NCBI RefSeq assembly: GCF_018977255.1 | Contig: NW_024704742.1 | Span: 122,080,001-122,144,000 of the forward strand | Length of the DNA stretch: 64,000 nucleotides | Reading direction: 5' to 3' | Source of the DNA: Callorhinchus milii | Taxonomy: Eukaryota | Shown: piece after piece, positions 60,961 to 64,000 of the stretch | Layout: every line of letters starts with the position of its first letter | How positions within the stretch are numbered: the stretch's first letter is position 1 | The notes under the pieces: model-generated | The model's input: the letters and a program-made list of their open reading frames with translations, nothing else | What the model was told of the DNA's origin: nothing | Database searches by the model: none | Position numbers and translations under genes: made by a program

Positions 60961-61817
60961 TTGATTATAGTGAAAATCAGCTCTGGCCTCCTTCTGTATT
61001 GTAATTTCCTATGTTACTGAGAATGCTATTCATACACTCGATTTTACCCCAGTATTCTCAAGGTTCAGCAATCCATTTATAAACTGGCCAAACATTCACT
61101 TGGAAAGAATGTATAAACGCACAATATTTTCAAAATCTACAAATGAACTTAAAAAGAGGAAACACATATGTGTTAAGGATTGTGTAAGTGTCACAGTACA
61201 TCCTGTCATCATGAATTATACATGATGGCCCTAAAAAATGAAAGCACAAGAATCCTGCTGATGCAAGTTCTAGCAAAACATGTAGGTCATTCCTTCTGTT
61301 ACAAACCAGCTATCTGCTTCTGTCTGAGGACCCAAGTTATATAACAATTTACATAAAACTGAAAATATCATCAGACTAAAAATGTCAGCCTCAGATACAA
61401 TGTTCTGTACTCCATGTACTTAGCTTCCTAATTTACAACGAATGCAGCCCACACCGCCTAGTCTAATATGAAACCCATAGTTGCAAAAGCAATGGATGTA
61501 GAATACTGGAATTTGCAAGGCAGTAACAGAATCAATGTCTATTATTCTTGAGAGCAATGCTTAAGTTCAGTAGTTATGCATGCAAGTTGAAATTGGAGAT
61601 TTTATTAGTTTCTTTTAACTGTTTTTATTTGATATTTTATTCAATTTTGTAACGCATAACATTTCAGGTTATATTTTTCACTGTGGCGTTTATGACATAG
61701 GGACTTTTCTAACTCCTTGATTCATTGTGGAGTAACACTAGTCTTGATTACAATCAAATGGTAGTTCATCGATCAGAGGCTTATTGAATATCTTCTTTTG
61801 TATTGTTATTTGAAACA

Positions 61818-61905
61818 GAACAACAACAACAGCAAGATTACATTTGTATAGCGCCTTTCATGTCGGGAGGACGTCCCAAGGTGCTGGACAGAATACAGCA
61901 TTTCA
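61818..61905 (-). mobile_element. Ultra-short young L2 3' tail
   Basis: aacaacaacaacagcaagattacatttgtatagcgcctttcatgtcgggaggacgtcccaaggtgctggacagaatacagcatttcaga, nearly the same as 2820-2905. Confidence 0.85.
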
Positions 61906-62869
61906 GAACACTTTACAGATCACAATGGTTATTGGAAACTGTATTTAAATTTTTACAAAAAATTGGATATGTATGATTCAGACAATTTCTTCGCAGGTCA
62001 TGGTTGGATGATTTATTGGTAGGGTTAGTAGTGGTGGAAATAATAATAATTATAATAATAATCCTTTCTTATGATATAGAATCTTTCATATCAGGTGTTC
62101 TGTTCAAGGTGGGTTCTGTCAGTGTTCCTTTCTGTTCTCTGGTACCATCTCACTATCCATCCACTAGCTCTATGCAGTGCCTCGCTGTCAACTCGTGACA
62201 AGTCAAATGTGGTCAGTGTATTTGAGTGACAGGTATATTTGAAAGACATAGAACCCTGAGATTCAATCATCTGATAGATTCAGTATTGCTGGGAATTGAC
62301 TAATAAGCCAAATGGGTCACCAGATACTATATGCAGCAAATTGTTACGTACACTTTTCAAACCAGCAATAAAATGATGTGGACTTTATCTGTTAATCTTA
62401 AAGATATTGGAAAGCAGTTAGTATTTGTGTTTCTGATTATCACTTGTTCTGTGAACAAAATTAACCAGCCCATTTTTCATTTGTTACAATCGACTAACAA
62501 TTATACAACTTACGTTCATATAGCAGCCGTCATGTAAGGTAAGGTCTTGGAGCACTTCACAAGAGCGGGACTCAGATGCTGAGCAGTGGAAAGGGGGAGG
62601 TGACCATAGTTGCTGTTAAAGTGGTGGGTTTTAAAGCAGGATTTCAAAATAGAGAGAGAAGGAAAGAGCGGACGGTTAAAGTGAGGGAGATTCAAGAGGT
62701 TAGGGCGCAGAATTTGAAACCTCTTTTACACAAATTATGCAGTATGAAATATTAAGAGATTCTTTTTGATAACCAAAAACAACATCAACAGCTTGCGCCC
62801 AACACAATGCCCTTAATGCAGAATAATTTATTTTAATAGCATTTTATGAAGCTACATTTTACAGCAGCC

Positions 62870-63190
62870 TATTTGTGCTCAGCAGTGTCCCACAAACTGC
62901 CATGAAATGAATGATCAGTTTTATCTTGGGATTGTTGGCCAGCACACTGAGAGAAGTTTACTTAACACTATTTTTGAATAGTGTCATGGGAACTTTAATG
63001 TCCCAACATGAACATGCAGACAGTTTAATGAATCACCTGAAATATGGTAAATCTGACAATGCTGTGCTTTCCCCCAGTACTGTATTGGAATATCAGTCTA
63101 GACAATGTTCACAATCCCAATGTGAGGCTTGAACCCATGGAACCTTCTAATTCAAGAGGCACGAATGCTACCAACTGAGACAAGTTGACA
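62870..63190 (-). mobile_element. Old Deu-type SINE
   Basis: cagcagtgtcccacaaactgccatgaaatgaatga...ggcttgaaccc...tgctaccaactgagacaagttgaca. Confidence 0.7.
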
Positions 63191-63667
63191 TCAAGTCCAC
63201 CCCATCTCAAGTCATAGGGTATCTTTATTACTGTGAGGGCGTTCTCACCTGGGCAACAAAATAGCCTAAAGTACAAAATAGATGAGAAACATTTACTCTA
63301 TGTCCGAGTGCCAGTTTACACCTTTCACTTGTTGTTACTGGATGGATTTTATAAACAGGTTATTACAAAGCGATAACTGTCTGCGTCGAAAATATCAACC
63401 CTCATGGTGCATGCAATCAGTACCTCTCACAGATTTTCTACTTTTCAAGGGTAATTGAGATCATCCAACAGCATTAGCATTTTGTTTGTTTGATCTTGAC
63501 TTCATATGTCAAAGTTACAGACTTGACAATTGCAGAGGCCACTGTGTTTGCAGTCCAGAAACTGAAACTGAATCCATCGTTTTAGCACCAGGTTCAACAT
63601 AAATGGCTTATGTACTGTCACCAGGGTAAACCATTGACTGTTCAGCTATTGCTATAAATTCTGCAGA

Positions 63668-64000
63668 CATAGGAATATAGGAACAGGAGTAGACCATTCA
63701 GCCCTTTGAGCCTATTCCGCCATTTAATTAGATCATGGCTGATCTGTACCTCAACTAATCCTTTCAATTCCAATTTCCCACTTTCTCCCCATATCCTTTA
63801 ATACCCTGACCTAGCAAAAATCTATCAACCTCACTCTTGAAGGTGTGGATGGATCCAGCATCCACGGCATTTTGAGGGAGAATTCCAGATTTCTACCACC
63901 TTTTGAGTAAAAAAATGCTTCCTGATTTCACTCTTAAATGACCTGGATCTAAGACTATGTCCCGTTGTTTTGGATTCCCCCACCAGAAGAAATATCTACC
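63668..64000 (-). mobile_element. CR1 3' end, runs off the window edge
   Basis: cataggaatataggaacaggagtagaccattcagccctttgagcc...gatcatggctgatctg...aaaaaatgcttcctgatttcactctt. Confidence 0.88.

Noticed and set aside
1..64000. CRISPR array, operon or other prokaryotic system
   Set aside because: No regularly spaced repeat-spacer structure and no gene-dense ORFs; the sequence is vertebrate LINE/SINE-rich DNA.

Overview
AT-rich, CpG-depleted vertebrate non-coding DNA (intron or intergenic) packed with transposon remnants. I can support no host protein-coding exon, RNA gene, CRISPR array or prokaryote-type system. The repeats are a young ~320-bp tRNA-Ala-headed SINE with a Deu-like core, an L2-type 3' tail and (TAT)n; older Deu-type SINEs; 5'-truncated L2 and CR1 LINE 3' ends; and small MITEs. 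This complement points to a cartilaginous fish, most likely a chimaera such as Callorhinchus (inference from repeat content). Every long ORF in the track is either a LINE ORF2 fragment or a read-through of repeats. The most interesting signals are: (1) an L2/SINE 3' stem-loop whose stem is conserved while the loop differs between subfamilies; (2) a nearly intact tRNA-Ala cloverleaf in the SINE head; (3) an unrecognised ~270-bp repeat, with 3 of its 5 copies split by younger insertions; (4) repeat-poor islands carrying CRE-like motifs, a perfect 18-bp palindrome and a possible microexon. Boundaries of old repeats are approximate, read by eye.
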